Source: an uncultured Alphaproteobacteria bacterium (GTDB lineage Bacteria > Pseudomonadota > Alphaproteobacteria > Rhizobiales > Rhizobiaceae). Taken from it: DNA of 64,000 nucleotides. Below the pieces are notes generated by a model. It saw nothing but the letters and a program-made list of their open reading frames with translations, had not been told where the DNA came from and did not search any database. The position numbers and the translations under genes were made by a program. Position 1 is the first letter of the stretch. Every line of letters begins with the position of its first letter. The stretch spans positions 16,052 to 80,051 of the forward strand of contig CAWDIY010000036.1 of assembly GCA_963802455.1 (NCBI GenBank), in the 5' to 3' direction. This document shows positions 19,430 to 38,645 of this stretch, one piece after another.

Positions 19430-20675
19430 GTGCAGCAGAAAGCGGGATCCGATCTCGTGCGCAGGCAGAACCGGGGCGTCGTGATTGCGGCGCTGCGGCG
19501 TCGCGGGCGGCTGTCGCGCACGGAACTGTCCTCCGCGACAAGTCTTTCGCCCTCGACTGTCTCGGCCATCACTTCCGATCTGTTGTCGGAAAGCGCCGTG
19601 CTGGAAATCCGCGACCCGGACGCGTCGCTGATCAAGCGCGGCAGGCCGCAGATCGCGCTGGCGCTCAATCCGGCGCGGGCCGTTGTCGCCGCCGTGGAGC
19701 TTTCGCTGAACCGGCTGTCGGTCACAATCGCCGACTATGCCGGAAACATGCTTGGCCGAAAAGGCGGAGAGCTTTGACACGGCGTCTGTCAGTTCGGCCG
19801 AGACACTGACGCGGATGACGGGCGCGATACGCGGCTGTCTGGAGCCGGTCGCATCCGAACTTTCCGCCATTGTCGTCGCCGTGCAGGGCCGCACCGACGC
19901 CAAGGGACGGGATCTTTTATGGTCGCCGATTTCGCCGGGCCGCGATGTGCAGCTGGCGGACGTGCTGGAGGCGGAATTCAGCGCGCCGGTCACAATCGCC
20001 AATGACTGCTCGATGATCGCCGCGGCGCTGCGCTGGCGGGACAGCGCGCGCTACGGGCGGGACTTTCTCGCCGTGCTGCTTTCGCACGGCATCGGCATGG
20101 GACTGTATCTGAACGGCAAACTCTTCTCCGGCACGCGCTCGTCCGCCGCCGAATTCGGACATATGCAGTTTAAGGCCGGCGGGGCGCTGTGCCGCTGCGG
20201 CGCGCGCGGCTGCATCGAGGCCTATGCCGGCGACTATGCCATCTGGCGCGCCGCGCAGGGCCAGTCCGAAGACACGCTGCCGCCGGTGGATCTGACCGCC
20301 GTCAACATGCAGGCGCTGGCGGAAAGGGCGCGCGCAGCCGATGGGCGCGAACGGCAGGCTTACCGGCAGGCGGCGGCTGCGCTGGGACATGGGCTGGCCA
20401 GCCTGTTTGCGCTGATTGATCCGGCGCCCGTCGCGTTTGTCGGGTCTGGCACGGCAGCGTTTGATATTATGAGGCCGGACATCGAGGCGGCGATCCTGAA
20501 TTCAAATGCCGGCGCATATGAAAACCTGTTTGACTTTGATCTCTATGATTCCGAGACGCCGCTGATACAGCTCGGCTCCATCATGACGGCGCTGCAGTCG
20601 GTGGATGAGCAGATCTCAAGCGGCGGAGAGGCCATTCAGGGACTGTTTCAAACCAACTGGAGGGCCATTGCATGA
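19430..20675 (+). pseudogene. ROK-family transcriptional regulator (xylose repressor type), one +1 frame break near 19756
   Basis: GTG 19430 follows aggagg. ORF 19412..19777 continues in ORF 19737..20675: ...ADYAGNMLG|EKAESFDT.... An extra c at cc 19756-19757 accounts for the shift. ROK Zn motif CRCGARGCIEAY is present. Confidence 0.75.
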
Positions 20676-22133
20676 GCTTTTTCCTCGGCATTGATCTTGG
20701 AACCTCGTCGGTCAAGCTGCTGCTCATCGGCGCGGACCAGTCCATCGTCGGCTCGTCCCACGCGCCGCTTGATGTGAACAGGCCGCATCCCGGCTGGTCG
20801 GAGCAGGACCCCGCAAGCTGGCTGACGGCCACTGAGGCCGCGATGGCGGAGCTGAAAGCGCAGCGTCCGAACGAGGTGTCGGTCGTCACCGGCATTGGCC
20901 TTTCCGGCCATATGCATGGCGCTACGCTTTTGAACGCCTCCGGCAATGTGCTGCGCCCCTGCATGCTCTGGAACGACACGCGCTCGTTCGCAGAGGCTGC
21001 AGAACTTGACCATCAGCCGATGTTCCGCCAGCTGACCGGCAACATCGTGTTTCCCGGCTTCACCGCCCCTAAAGTGCTCTGGGTCGCGCGGCACGAGCCT
21101 TCGGTATTTGCGGAGACGGCCAAAGTTCTCTTGCCGAAGGACTATCTGCGGCTTTGGCTGACCGGCGAATGTGTGTCGGAAATGTCGGATGCGGCGGGGA
21201 CGTCATGGCTTGATGTCGGCAAGCGCGATTGGGATGTGGCGCTGCTGTCAGCGACTGGACTGAGCCTTTCGCACATGCCGTCGCTGGTCGAAGGCACAGA
21301 GGTAAGCGGATACTTACGCAAAGATCTGGCGGCGCGCTGGGGGATGAGCGGCAATGTCGCGGTTGCGGGCGGCGCGGGCGACAATGCGGCTTCGGCCTGC
21401 GGCATGGGAACGGTCGCGCCGGGTTCGGCCTTTGTCTCACTTGGAACTTCCGGGGTGCTTTTCGCCTCGAACGACGCCTACCGGCCAAATCCTCAAAGCG
21501 CCGTTCACGCTTTCTGCCATGCAATTCCCGACACCTGGCACCAGATGGGCGTTATCCTGTCGGCGACCGACTCGCTGAACTGGCTGGCAAATTTAACCGG
21601 GCGCAATCCGGCGTCGCTGACCAGCGGCCTTGGCGAGACGCTTCAGGCGCCCGGTCCGGTCATGTTCCTGCCCTATCTGTCCGGCGAGCGGACGCCGCAC
21701 AATGACGCGTCGATCCGGGGCGTTTTCACCGGACTTGGCCATGAAAGCGGTGTGGACGCGATTGCGAAAGCGGTGATTGAAGGCGTGGCTTTCGCGGTGC
21801 GTGACAGCCTCGATGCGCTGCGGGCCGCCGGAACGGAGCTGACCCGCGTCACCGCCATCGGCGGCGGCTCGCGCTCGCTCTATTGGCTCAAAGTGATTGC
21901 CTCGACGCTGAATATTCCGGTCGATGTCCCCGCCGAAGGCGATTTCGGCGCGGCCTTTGGCGCGGCGCGGCTCGGGCTGATCGCCGCCACAGGGGCGGAC
22001 CCGCTCGCAGTCTGCGCGCCGCCGAAAACGGCCATGACCATTGATCCCGAATGCTGCGCTCGTCCCCGCCTTCCACGAGGCGCATGCGCGCTATCGCAGA
22101 CTTTATCCAGCCATTAAAGGAGCACTCAATTGA
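20672..22133 (+). pseudogene. xylB: Xylulokinase, one +1 frame break near 22050 affecting the last ~27 codons
   Basis: 481-aa ORF-track product. After correction at aa 22050-22051 the C-terminus reads ...DP(D/E)[26 protein letters not shown] with stop 22131-22133, overlapping the xylA start. Confidence 0.85.
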
Positions 22134-23441
22134 GCACAGGATTTTTCGGCGACATCGCGCCCATTAAATATGAAGGCCCTGATTCCACCAATCCGCTGGC
22201 CTTCCGCCACTACAATCCGGACGAGATGGTCATGGGCAGGCGGATGGAGGATCATCTGCGGTTCGCCGTCGCCTATTGGCATTCGTTTGCCTGGCAAGGA
22301 GGGGATCCGTTCGGCGGGCAGACATTCGAACGGCCATGGTTCGGCGACAGCATGGACCACGCCAAGCTGAAGGCGGATGTGGCGTTTGAACTGTTCCAGA
22401 TTCTCGGCACGCCCTTCTACGCCTTCCACGACGCCGATGTGCGGCCCGAAGGCGCGACGTTTCGCCGAAAGCCGGAAGAATCTTGAGGCGATTGTCGATA
22501 TTTTCGCGGAAAAGCAGAAGAAGACCGGCGTCAAGCTGCTTTGGGGCACGGCCAACCTGTTCTCGCACCGCCGTTTCATGGCGGGCGCCTCGACCAACCC
22601 CGATCCGGATGTGTTCGCCTGGTCCGCCGCAACGGTGAAGTCCTGCATGGACGCGACGAAGAAGCTCGGCGGGGCGAACTATGTGCTGTGGGGCGGGCGC
22701 GAGGGTTATGAGACGCTGATCAACACCGATCTTGCCCGCGAAGACGCCCAGATGGGCCGTTTTCTCAATCTCGTGGTCGAATACAAGCACAAGATCGGCT
22801 ACGAGGGCACGATCCTGATCGAGCCGAAGCCGCAGGAGCCGTCCAAGCACCAATATGATTACGATGTCGCGACCGTTTACGGCTTTCTGAAGCGGCACGG
22901 GCTTGAAAAGGAAGTGAAGCTCAATATCGAGGTCGGCCACGCCGTGCTCGCCGGACATTCGTTTGAGCACGAAATCGCCATGGCGACCTCGCTCGGCATT
23001 CTCGGCTCGGTCGACGCCAACCGCAATGATTACCAGTCCGGCTGGGACACCGACCAGTTCCCCAACAATGTGCCGGAAATGGCGGTGGCCATGTACTACA
23101 TTCTCAAAAGCGGCGGCCTGAAGACCGGCGGGTTCAACTTCGATTCCAAAATCCGCCGCCAGTCGCTGGACCCAGCCGACCTCATCCACGGCCATGTCGG
23201 CGGCATGGATGTCTGCGCCCGCGCCTTGAAAGCGGCGGCGAAGATGATTGAGGACAATGTCTGGGGCGCCTATGTCGAAGAGCGCTATGCGGGCTGGAAT
23301 TCCGCCGAAGCCAAGGCGATGCTGGAAGGCAAGCGCTCGCTGGCGGAGATCGCCGGACGGGTCGAGAAAGACGGCGTCAATCCCAAGCCGCGCTCCGGCG
23401 GGCAGGAATATCTGGAGAATGTCATCAACCGCTATGTCTGA
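22130..23441 (+). pseudogene. xylA: Xylose isomerase, one +1 frame break near 22461
   Basis: TTG 22130 ([29 protein letters not shown]). ORF 22130..22486 continues in ORF 22377..23441: ...DVRPEGATF|[12 protein letters not shown].... An extra t in ttt 22460-22462 accounts for the shift. Confidence 0.9.
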
Positions 23442-23632
23442 AAATGTCCGGCAAGACATGTCTTGCAGGTCAGACATTCTTGCATGGCTGCACTGACATT
23501 GCCGCGCTTGCCGTGCGAACACAAACCATCTGATACTCGGCGCTGGAACAGAACCTGCGCCGATTCCGCTTTTTAGCTTGTGCAGAAATCGGCGCGTCAA
23601 TAAGAATCAAATCGATTTAGCACGGGAACGTC

Positions 23633-26125
<2,493 letters not shown>

Positions 26126-26181
26126 CGGCTTGAAGCAATTGAAGATTCAAGGCTAGCATATTGCTTGGGAGGCAATCATCG

Positions 26182-28413
26182 ATGGCTGAACGGAAAATAG
26201 CGGCAAAGGCGAAGGCGGGCAAACAGCCCGGCTCCTTCCATCTTCATGGAGACTCGGTGCAGGCCGTCATTGACGGCCGCCACACCGATCCGTTCTCCGT
26301 TATGGGCATGCATGAGTCCGATGGCGGCTTCATCGCCCGCGCCTTTGTGGCGGATGCCGACGCTCTTGAAGCCTTCACACTTACCGGCGAATCCTGCGGC
26401 GTTCTGGAACGGCGGCATGATGCCGGGTTCTTCGAAGGCAAGCTGAATATCAAGAAGCGCCAGCCGCTTCGCTATCATGCGAAAAACGGCAGCGGCGAAT
26501 GGGATCTGAAGGACCCTTATTCGTTCGGGCCGGTGCTCGGGCCGATGGATGACTACTACATCGCTGAAGGCTCGCACCTGCGGCTGTTCGACAAAATGGG
26601 CGCGCATGTCATGGACCATGAGGGCGCGAGCGGCGTGCATTTCGCCATGTGGGCCCCAAATGCCAGCCGCGTTTCTGTTGTCGGCGATTTCAACTATTGG
26701 GATGGCCGCCGCCATGTGATGCGTTTGCGCCGCGATACGGGCGTTTGGGAAATATTCGCGCCTGATGTTCCCGCAGGCACCGCCTACAAGTACGAGATCA
26801 CTTCATCCAGCGGCGACATCATGCCGCTTAAAGCCGATCCCTATGCTTTCAAATCCGAAATGCGGCCGCAGACGGCTTCCGTTGTCGAGCACACATGGAC
26901 GCAGGACTGGGGCGATAAGGACCACCGCGACTTTTGGGCGGGCGTTGACCCTCGGCGCACGGCGATCTCGATCTACGAGGTGCATGCCGGTTCCTGGCAG
27001 CGGCATGAGAATGGCGATTTCCTCTCATGGGACGAGCTGGGCGACAAGCTGATCCCCTATGTGGTGGACATGGGTTTCACCCATATTGAATTCCTGCCGA
27101 TCAGCGAGCATCCCTATGATCCGTCGTGGGGCTATCAGACGACCGGCCTCTATGCGCCCTCCGCCCGTTTCGGCGACACGGCGGGTTTCGCGCGCTTTGT
27201 CGATGGCGCGCACAGGGCGGGCGTCGGCGTCATTCTCGATTGGGTTCCCGCCCATTTCCCCACGGATGCGCACGGCCTGTCGCGCTTTGACGGCACGGCC
27301 TTGTATGAGCATGAAGACCCGCGCCAGGGATTCCACCCGGACTGGAATACGGCGATCTATAATTTCGGCCGCAAGGAGGTGCGCTCGTTCCTCATTAACA
27401 ACGCGCTTTACTGGGGCGAGAAATATCATCTTGACGGGCTGCGCGTCGATGCGGTCGCCTCGATGCTCTATCTGGATTATTCGCGCAAACAGGGCGAATG
27501 GGTGCCTAACAAGGACGGCGGCCGGGAAAATCTGGAGGCGGTGAGCTTCCTGCAAGAGACCAATAAGGCGGTCTACGGCTCATATCCGGGCTTCATGATG
27601 ATCGCCGAGGAATCGACCGCCTGGCCGAAGGTATCGGGGCCGGTGCATGACGGCGGCCTCGGCTTCGGCTTCAAATGGAACATGGGCTTCATGCATGACA
27701 CGCTCGCCTACATGCAGCGCGAGCCGGTCTACCGTAAGCATCACCACAATGAGCTGACTTTCGGCCTGCTCTACGCCTTCACCGAAAATTTTGTCCTGCC
27801 GATTTCGCACGATGAAGTGGTGCACGGCAAAGGCACGCTGCTCACCAAAATGGCGGGCGACGACTGGCAGAAGTTTGCCAATCTGCGCGCCTATTACGGG
27901 TTCATGTGGGGCTATCCCGGCAAGAAGCTTTTGTTCATGGGCCAGGAATTCGCCCAGCGCGCCGAATGGAGCGAGGCCAAATCGCTTGACTGGCATGTGC
28001 TGAACTATCCGCAGCATGAAGGCATGCGGCTTCTGGTCAAGGACCTCAATCATCTCTACCGGGCGATCCCGGCGCTGCACGCGCGCGACTGCGAGCAGGA
28101 AGGTTTCCAATGGCTGGTCGGCGATGACAGCGCCAACTCGGTCTTCGCCTGGCTGCGCTCGGCGCCGGGCGAAAAGCCCTGCATGGTTGTCACCAATTTC
28201 ACGCCGGTGCCGCGCGAGAATTACAAGATCCCGCTGCCGGTCTCAGGGCGCTGGGTGGAGCGCTTCAACTCCGACGCGACGATCTATTCCGGCAGCGGCA
28301 AGGGCAATGGCGGCGAGGTCCGCGCGGTCAAGGGCGACTATAAGGGATTTGCGGCGAGCGCCGAGTTCCTGCTGCCGCCGCTGGCGACAATGATTTTCGA
28401 GTTTGATATCTGA
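26182..28413 (+). CDS. glgB: 1,4-alpha-glucan branching enzyme
   Basis: Intact ORF. ATG 26182 is preceded by gggagg. GH13 motifs [17 protein letters not shown] and MIAEEST are present. Confidence 0.95.
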   Translation: MAERKIAAKAKAGKQPGSFHLHGDSVQAVIDGRHTDPFSVMGMHESDGGFIARAFVADADALEAFTLTGESCGVLERRHDAGFFEGKLNIKKRQPLRYHAKNGSGEWDLKDPYSFGPVLGPMDDYYIAEGSHLRLFDKMGAHVMDHEGASGVHFAMWAPNASRVSVVGDFNYWDGRRHVMRLRRDTGVWEIFAPDVPAGTAYKYEITSSSGDIMPLKADPYAFKSEMRPQTASVVEHTWTQDWGDKDHRDFWAGVDPRRTAISIYEVHAGSWQRHENGDFLSWDELGDKLIPYVVDMGFTHIEFLPISEHPYDPSWGYQTTGLYAPSARFGDTAGFARFVDGAHRAGVGVILDWVPAHFPTDAHGLSRFDGTALYEHEDPRQGFHPDWNTAIYNFGRKEVRSFLINNALYWGEKYHLDGLRVDAVASMLYLDYSRKQGEWVPNKDGGRENLEAVSFLQETNKAVYGSYPGFMMIAEESTAWPKVSGPVHDGGLGFGFKWNMGFMHDTLAYMQREPVYRKHHHNELTFGLLYAFTENFVLPISHDEVVHGKGTLLTKMAGDDWQKFANLRAYYGFMWGYPGKKLLFMGQEFAQRAEWSEAKSLDWHVLNYPQHEGMRLLVKDLNHLYRAIPALHARDCEQEGFQWLVGDDSANSVFAWLRSAPGEKPCMVVTNFTPVPRENYKIPLPVSGRWVERFNSDATIYSGSGKGNGGEVRAVKGDYKGFAASAEFLLPPLATMIFEFDI

Positions 28414-28438
28414 GTTCTGGTTTTTGGGAGGAGGCCTT

Positions 28439-29702
28439 ATGGAAAGACGTTATGAACAGCCTCTGGCCCGTGACACGATGGCCTATGTTTTGGCCGGAGG
28501 GCGCGGCAGCCGTCTGATGGAAATGACCGATGTGCGCGCCAAGCCAGCGGTCTATTTCGGCGGCAAGAGCCGGATCATCGACTTCGCACTTTCCAACGCG
28601 CTCAATTCCGGCATCCGCCGCATCGGGGTCGCCACGCAGTACAAGGCGCATTCGCTGATCCGGCATCTGCAGCGCGGCTGGAACTTTTTTAGGCCGGAGC
28701 GGAACGAGAGTTTCGACATCCTCCCCGCCTCGCAGCGCGTTTCTGAGGACCAATGGTATGCCGGCACGGCCGATGCGGTGTTTCAGAACATCGACATTAT
28801 CGAGTCCTATGCGCCGAAATACATGGTGATTCTGGCGGGCGATCATATCTACAAAATGGACTATGAGCTGATGCTGCGCCAGCACGTGGATTCCGGCGCG
28901 GACGTGACAGTCGGCTGTCTTGAAGTGCCGCGCATGGAGGCGGTCGGCTTCGGCGTCATGCATGTCGATGAGCAGGACCGCATCCTGCATTTCGTCGAGA
29001 AGCCAAAAGACCCGCCCGGCATTCCCGGCCAGCCCGACATGGCGCTGGCCTCGATGGGCATCTATGTGTTCGAGACCAAGCTCCTCATCGACCAGCTGAA
29101 GCGCGACGCGGCTGAAAAAGGCTCGAGCCGCGATTTCGGCAAGGACCTCATTCCGTTCCTCGTCAACGGCGGCAAGGCCTTTGCGCACCGGTTCAACAAA
29201 AGCTGCGTGCGCTCCGAGTTTGAAACCAAATCCTACTGGCGCGACGTCGGGAACCGTGGACGCCTATTGGGAAGGCAATCTCGACCTCACCGACATCACG
29301 CCTGAGCTCGATCTCTATGACCGCGACTGGCCGATCTGGACCTATGCCGAGATCAAGCCGCCGGCAAAGTTCATCCATGATGAGGACGGACGGCGCGGCT
29401 CGGCGGTTTCCTCGCTCGTGTCGGGCGACTGCATTGTCTCCGGCTCGAGCCTGAAGCGCTCGCTGCTGTTCACCGGCGTGCGCGCCAATTCCTATTCGTC
29501 GCTGCATGAGGCCGTGGTTCTGCCGGACTGTGTGATCGGCCGCCATGCCAAGCTCAGCAAAGTTGTGCTCGACCGCGGCGTCATCATCCCCGACGGGCTG
29601 GTGGTCGGCGAGGATGCCGAGCTTGACGGCAAGCGCTTCCGCCGCACTGACAAGGGCGTCTGCCTCATCACCCAGTCGATGATCAACCGTCTTGGGATGT
29701 GA
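28439..29702 (+). pseudogene. glgC: Glucose-1-phosphate adenylyltransferase, one +1 frame break near 29252
   Basis: ATG 28439 follows gggaggagg. ORF 28403..29305 continues in ORF 29181..29702: ...SYWRDVG|[13 protein letters not shown].... An extra a at aa 29252-29253 accounts for the shift. Confidence 0.9.
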
Positions 29703-29705
29703 GGC

Positions 29706-34784
<5,079 letters not shown>

Positions 34785-34851
34785 CTTGACTGTCTCCAGA
34801 TTAGCGCTTCGCCGGGAAAACGCCTGCGCCCGTTCACGGACCCCCTGCCGG

Positions 34852-35334
34852 CTACCGCCTCTTGGCCTCAGACAGCGCTGAGGAGAAGGCTCTTGAAAAG
34901 CTCTCCCTGTCATCGGGATTGAGGAAGCCGCCCAGCGTCACGGTGCGGCCCTCGCCCGCAACAACCATCCGCGTGATCCCGGTGAACTCGTGGCGGTTCA
35001 CGTCAAACTTCGCCCAGAAAGGGTTAAACCCATGCTCGGACTTTTTGCCAGAGGGCGCATGTTTGCGAATCGCCAGATGCAGCGGTGAAAGCTCAACTTC
35101 CTCATGCGCCTTTCCGGAATGATAGTTCCAGCGGAAGGCCAGCCAGATCAGCAGCACGTCGAGGCCGAAAAAACCGAAAATCGGCCACGCGCCGAGCGAC
35201 AGGAACACCGCGCCGGTTGCCAGCCAGATGGCGATGAACACGCCCATCAGAATGCGGAAACCCTGCGGGCCGAGCGAACGGTGCGGCGTCAGCCGCGCGT
35301 GGAACATAGCCTCGCTCCTGTTTGTCTCATCCAT
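34852..35334 (-). CDS. DUF2244-type integral membrane protein
   Basis: 160 aa from ATG 35334 (MDETNRSEAMFHARLTPHRSLGPQGF...). Two TM helices are followed by a soluble tail. The family name is recalled, not searched. Confidence 0.6.
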   Translation of the reverse strand: MDETNRSEAMFHARLTPHRSLGPQGFRILMGVFIAIWLATGAVFLSLGAWPIFGFFGLDVLLIWLAFRWNYHSGKAHEEVELSPLHLAIRKHAPSGKKSEHGFNPFWAKFDVNRHEFTGITRMVVAGEGRTVTLGGFLNPDDRESFSRAFSSALSEAKRR

Positions 35335-35355
35335 GACATTGACTATAGTGCCGCA

Positions 35356-36090
35356 ATGAAAAACGGAAAGACCAAAACCGCCGCAGGCAAAGCCAAAAAG
35401 GCGAAGAGGACAAAATCCCTCTATGCGCCGGAAGAAGTGCGGGAAATATTCAGGCGTTTTTCGGTCCGGGAACCCGAGCCGAAGGGCGATCTGGAATATG
35501 TCAACGCCTTCACCCTGCTGGTGGCTGTCGTTCTGTCGGCGCAAGCCACTGACATTGGCGTCAACAAGGCGACGCGGGCGCTCTTTGCCATCGCCGACAC
35601 ACCGGAGAAGATGCTGGCGCTCGGCGAGGAGGCGGTTGCAGGCCATATCAGAACCATCGGGCTATGGCGCAATAAGGCGAAGAATGTCATCGCGCTGTGT
35701 GAGGCGATGATCCGCGATCATGGCAGCCAAGTGCCGGACAGCCGCGAGGCTTTGATGAAACTGCCCGGCGTCGGGCGCAAGACCGCCAATGTCGTGCTCA
35801 ACAATGCGTTCGGAATGCCCGTGATGGCGGTCGACACGCATCTGTTCCGCATCGGCAACCGGCTCGGCCTTGCACCCGGCAAGACGCCGGAGCAGGTGGA
35901 AGCGGGGCTGATGAAGGTGATTCCGCCAGACTACCTGTTCCATGCGCACCATTGGCTGATCCTGCACGGCCGCTATGTCTGCAAGGCCCGCAGTCCGGAC
36001 TGCAAGGCCTGCATCATTGCTGACCTATGCAAGGCGGCGGAGAAGACCAATGCCATCCCCGCGCCGCTGACCGCCGCCACAGGAGAATGA
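35356..36090 (+). CDS. nth: Endonuclease III
   Basis: ATG 35356. HhH-GPD element LMKLPGVGRKTANVVL and Fe-S cluster loop CKARSPDCKACIIADLC are present. Confidence 0.9.
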   Translation: MKNGKTKTAAGKAKKAKRTKSLYAPEEVREIFRRFSVREPEPKGDLEYVNAFTLLVAVVLSAQATDIGVNKATRALFAIADTPEKMLALGEEAVAGHIRTIGLWRNKAKNVIALCEAMIRDHGSQVPDSREALMKLPGVGRKTANVVLNNAFGMPVMAVDTHLFRIGNRLGLAPGKTPEQVEAGLMKVIPPDYLFHAHHWLILHGRYVCKARSPDCKACIIADLCKAAEKTNAIPAPLTAATGE

Positions 36091-36094
36091 TGCC

Positions 36095-36454
36095 ATGACA
36101 GACCATGCAACGCCAAATCTGCCTTCGCGCGACTTCGAGGCGACTGAAAAATTTTACGCGGCGCTCGGCTTTGTCACCACCTGGAGCAATAGCGGCTGGA
36201 TGATCCTGAGGCGCGGCACGGTCACGCTTGAATTCTTTCCACACCCGGACCTGGACCCAAAATCCAGTTGGTTCTCGTGTTGCCTGCGCCTTGACGATCT
36301 CGACGCCTTTTACGCCGTCTGCAAATCGGCGGGCATCGCGGAAACAGACAAAGGCTATCCCCGCCTGCACCCACCAAAACTGGAAGACTGGGGCGGCAGG
36401 GTGGGCGCGCTGATTGACATTGACAGCACGCTTGTCCGGCTGATCCAGAACTGA
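36095..36454 (+). CDS. VOC/glyoxalase-bleomycin resistance family protein
   Basis: 119-aa ORF: NLPSRDFEATEKFYAALGF...TLEFFPHPDLDP... Confidence 0.7.
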   Translation: MTDHATPNLPSRDFEATEKFYAALGFVTTWSNSGWMILRRGTVTLEFFPHPDLDPKSSWFSCCLRLDDLDAFYAVCKSAGIAETDKGYPRLHPPKLEDWGGRVGALIDIDSTLVRLIQN

Positions 36455-36514
36455 GCTTCCCATTTCGCCCCGCCTCCTCTAAGGAGCGCGGGTTTGCAAA
36501 TCTGAGGATTTTTC

Positions 36515-37507
36515 ATGGCCGAGTACGACGTTCTGACCATCGGCAACGCCATTGTCGATATCATCGCCCGCACCGAGGACGATTTCATCCGGGCCAACGG
36601 CATCATCAAGGGCGCGATGAACCTGATCGACGGCGAGCGCGCCGAGCTTCTATATTCACGGATGGGTCCGGCGGTCGAAACCTCCGGCGGCAGCGCGGGC
36701 AACACGGCGGCGGGCGTGGCCAATTTCGGCGGCAGGGCGGCCTATTTCGGCAAAGTCTCCAGCGATCATCTCGGAGGCGTGTTTAATCATGATATGCATG
36801 CGCAGGGCGTGGCCTTTGATACCAAGCCGCTGAAGGGCCAGCCGCCGACCGCGCGCTCGATGATTTTTGTCACTCCTGACGGCGAGCGCTCGATGAACAC
36901 GTATCTGGGCGCCTGCGTGGAGCTGGGGCCGGAGGACATTGAGGAGGATAAGGTCGCCGGTTCAAAAATCACCTATTTCGAAGGCTATCTGTGGGACCCG
37001 CCGCTCGCCAAGGACGCGATCCGCCTCGCGGCGAAGATCGCCCATAAGCACGGGCGCAAAATGGCGATGACGCTGTCGGACCCGTTCTGCGTTGACCGAT
37101 ACCGCGCGGAGTTCCTGGAGCTGATGCGCTCTGGAACGGTGGACATCTGCTTTGCCAACGAACATGAATTGAAATCGCTGTATCAGACCGCCGATTTCGA
37201 CACGGCGCTGGCGGCGCTGCGCAATGACTGCGAAATGGCGGCGGTCACGCGCTCGGAGAAGGGCTCGCTCATCATCAAGGGCGATGAGACGGTCATGGTT
37301 GAGCCGGTTCCGGTTGAGACTGTGGTGGACACGACCGGCGCGGGCGACCTCTATGCGGCGGGTATGCTGTTCGGCCTGACCCAGGGCTTCCCGCTCGCCA
37401 AATGCGGCAAGCTCGGCTCGCTCGCCGCGTCTATTGTCATCAGCCAGATCGGGCCAAGGCCGCAGGTGAATCTGCGGGACAAGGCGAGGGAGATGGGGAT
37501 TATCTAA
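36515..37507 (+). CDS. Adenosine kinase (PfkB family)
   Basis: 330-aa intact ORF with PfkB motifs GGSAGNTA and DTTGAGDLYAAG. Confidence 0.8.
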   Translation: MAEYDVLTIGNAIVDIIARTEDDFIRANGIIKGAMNLIDGERAELLYSRMGPAVETSGGSAGNTAAGVANFGGRAAYFGKVSSDHLGGVFNHDMHAQGVAFDTKPLKGQPPTARSMIFVTPDGERSMNTYLGACVELGPEDIEEDKVAGSKITYFEGYLWDPPLAKDAIRLAAKIAHKHGRKMAMTLSDPFCVDRYRAEFLELMRSGTVDICFANEHELKSLYQTADFDTALAALRNDCEMAAVTRSEKGSLIIKGDETVMVEPVPVETVVDTTGAGDLYAAGMLFGLTQGFPLAKCGKLGSLAASIVISQIGPRPQVNLRDKAREMGII

Positions 37508-37514
37508 ACCTCAA

Positions 37515-37901
37515 TCACGGCTGCATCCGGTCCGCCGCCCTGAAGAATTTCCGCGCCAGCGCCAATATCTGGCCGTCGGTCGGATGATCGGCGCTTTCCA
37601 CGCCGACGATGCGGGAGGCCAAGACGTGATGATGTCTTGCCACGTGTTTGGCGAGCTCATCCTTGGCGCTGCCGGGGCCGGTGATCAGCCATTCGGCAGC
37701 TGGTTCCAACGCTCTGACGATATCGTTCATCAGGGCAACATCCATCTCAATGCGTCGGCCCTCGCGCGTTCCGGCATGTTTGTGCATCTGATCGACAGGA
37801 TTTGTCGCGGCAAGTTTGAGTTCCTGCGCATGATCGCGGTCAAAGAAGAATATCTTCGCCTCGCGGTGATCGAGCCAGACAACGGCATGTTGGGTTTGCA
37901 T
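37515..37901 (-). CDS. Conserved hypothetical protein (128 aa)
   Basis: Intact ORF: MQTQHAVVWLDHREAKIFFFDRDH.... It resembles a small family I recall being labelled translational machinery / host-attachment-like. That cannot be verified here. Confidence 0.5.
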   Translation of the reverse strand: MQTQHAVVWLDHREAKIFFFDRDHAQELKLAATNPVDQMHKHAGTREGRRIEMDVALMNDIVRALEPAAEWLITGPGSAKDELAKHVARHHHVLASRIVGVESADHPTDGQILALARKFFRAADRMQP

Positions 37902-37983
37902 GGGCGAGACTCCTCAGCTGCCAGCCAATTTCTTATTCTCAGCCGCTGATGACTATGCGGCCTTGACCTGTGTCAAACAGCGT

Positions 37984-38645
37984 TCATTTGCGCTTTGGCT
38001 TGTGAGGCCTGACCACATCGTCCGGCTCCCTGCCGGCGCGGGCGCGGTAGACCGGGAACTGCCAGCCAAAATGCAGCGCCCCGCCGCGCACGGCGAACGC
38101 GGCAAGCGCCGAGACAAGCGTCGCGGGCAGAGCGGGAGCTCCCAAGAGATTCAGCACCACATAGAGGCTTGCGCCGATGAGCGCGGCGGACACGTATATC
38201 TCCCGCCGCATCAAAACAGACGGTTCGCCCGTCACCATGTCGCGGAAGATGCCGCCGAATGTGGCGGTCATCACACCGGTGACCACCGCGATCGGCGCGG
38301 GAACGCCAACCGCCAGCCCCTTGGCCGCGCCGATGACGCAATAGGCGGACAAGGCCAAGCGCGTCGAGCCAGAGCAGCCACAGATAGCGCGACCAGACCA
38401 GATGGGCGGTGAAATAGACAATCACCGCCGTCCCCGCCGCGACAATTAAAGAATGCCGGCTCATTGACCCAGAACACCGGCGTCTGCCCCAGGATCAAAT
38501 CCCGCAGCGTTCCGCCGCCGACGCCGGTGACGATGGCGAGGAAAATGAAGCCGATCAGGTCCATCTGCCGCCGGGAGGCAGCCAGCGCGCCCGTGGCGGC
38601 GAAGACGGCGACGCCGGCGTAATCGAGAAGCGGGAGGATGTTCAT
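37984..38645 (-). pseudogene. Trimeric intracellular cation channel family protein (UPF0126/YadS), two +1 frame breaks (about 38455 and about 38355)
   Basis: ATG 38645 (MNILPLLDYAGVAVFAATGALAASRRQMDLIGFIFLAIVTGVGGGTLRD). It continues through ORFs 37973..38464 and 37984..38421 (second repeat VVTGVMTATFGGIFRD). Confidence 0.75.

Noticed and set aside
37537-37546. A 10-nt match (gccctgaaga) to the 3' end of tRNA-Leu, considered as a possible distal att site that would extend the island to 37.5 kb
   Set aside because: The match is only 10 nt and lies inside a coding region. The intervening TRIC gene has native GC, and no integrase is present. Chance cannot be excluded.
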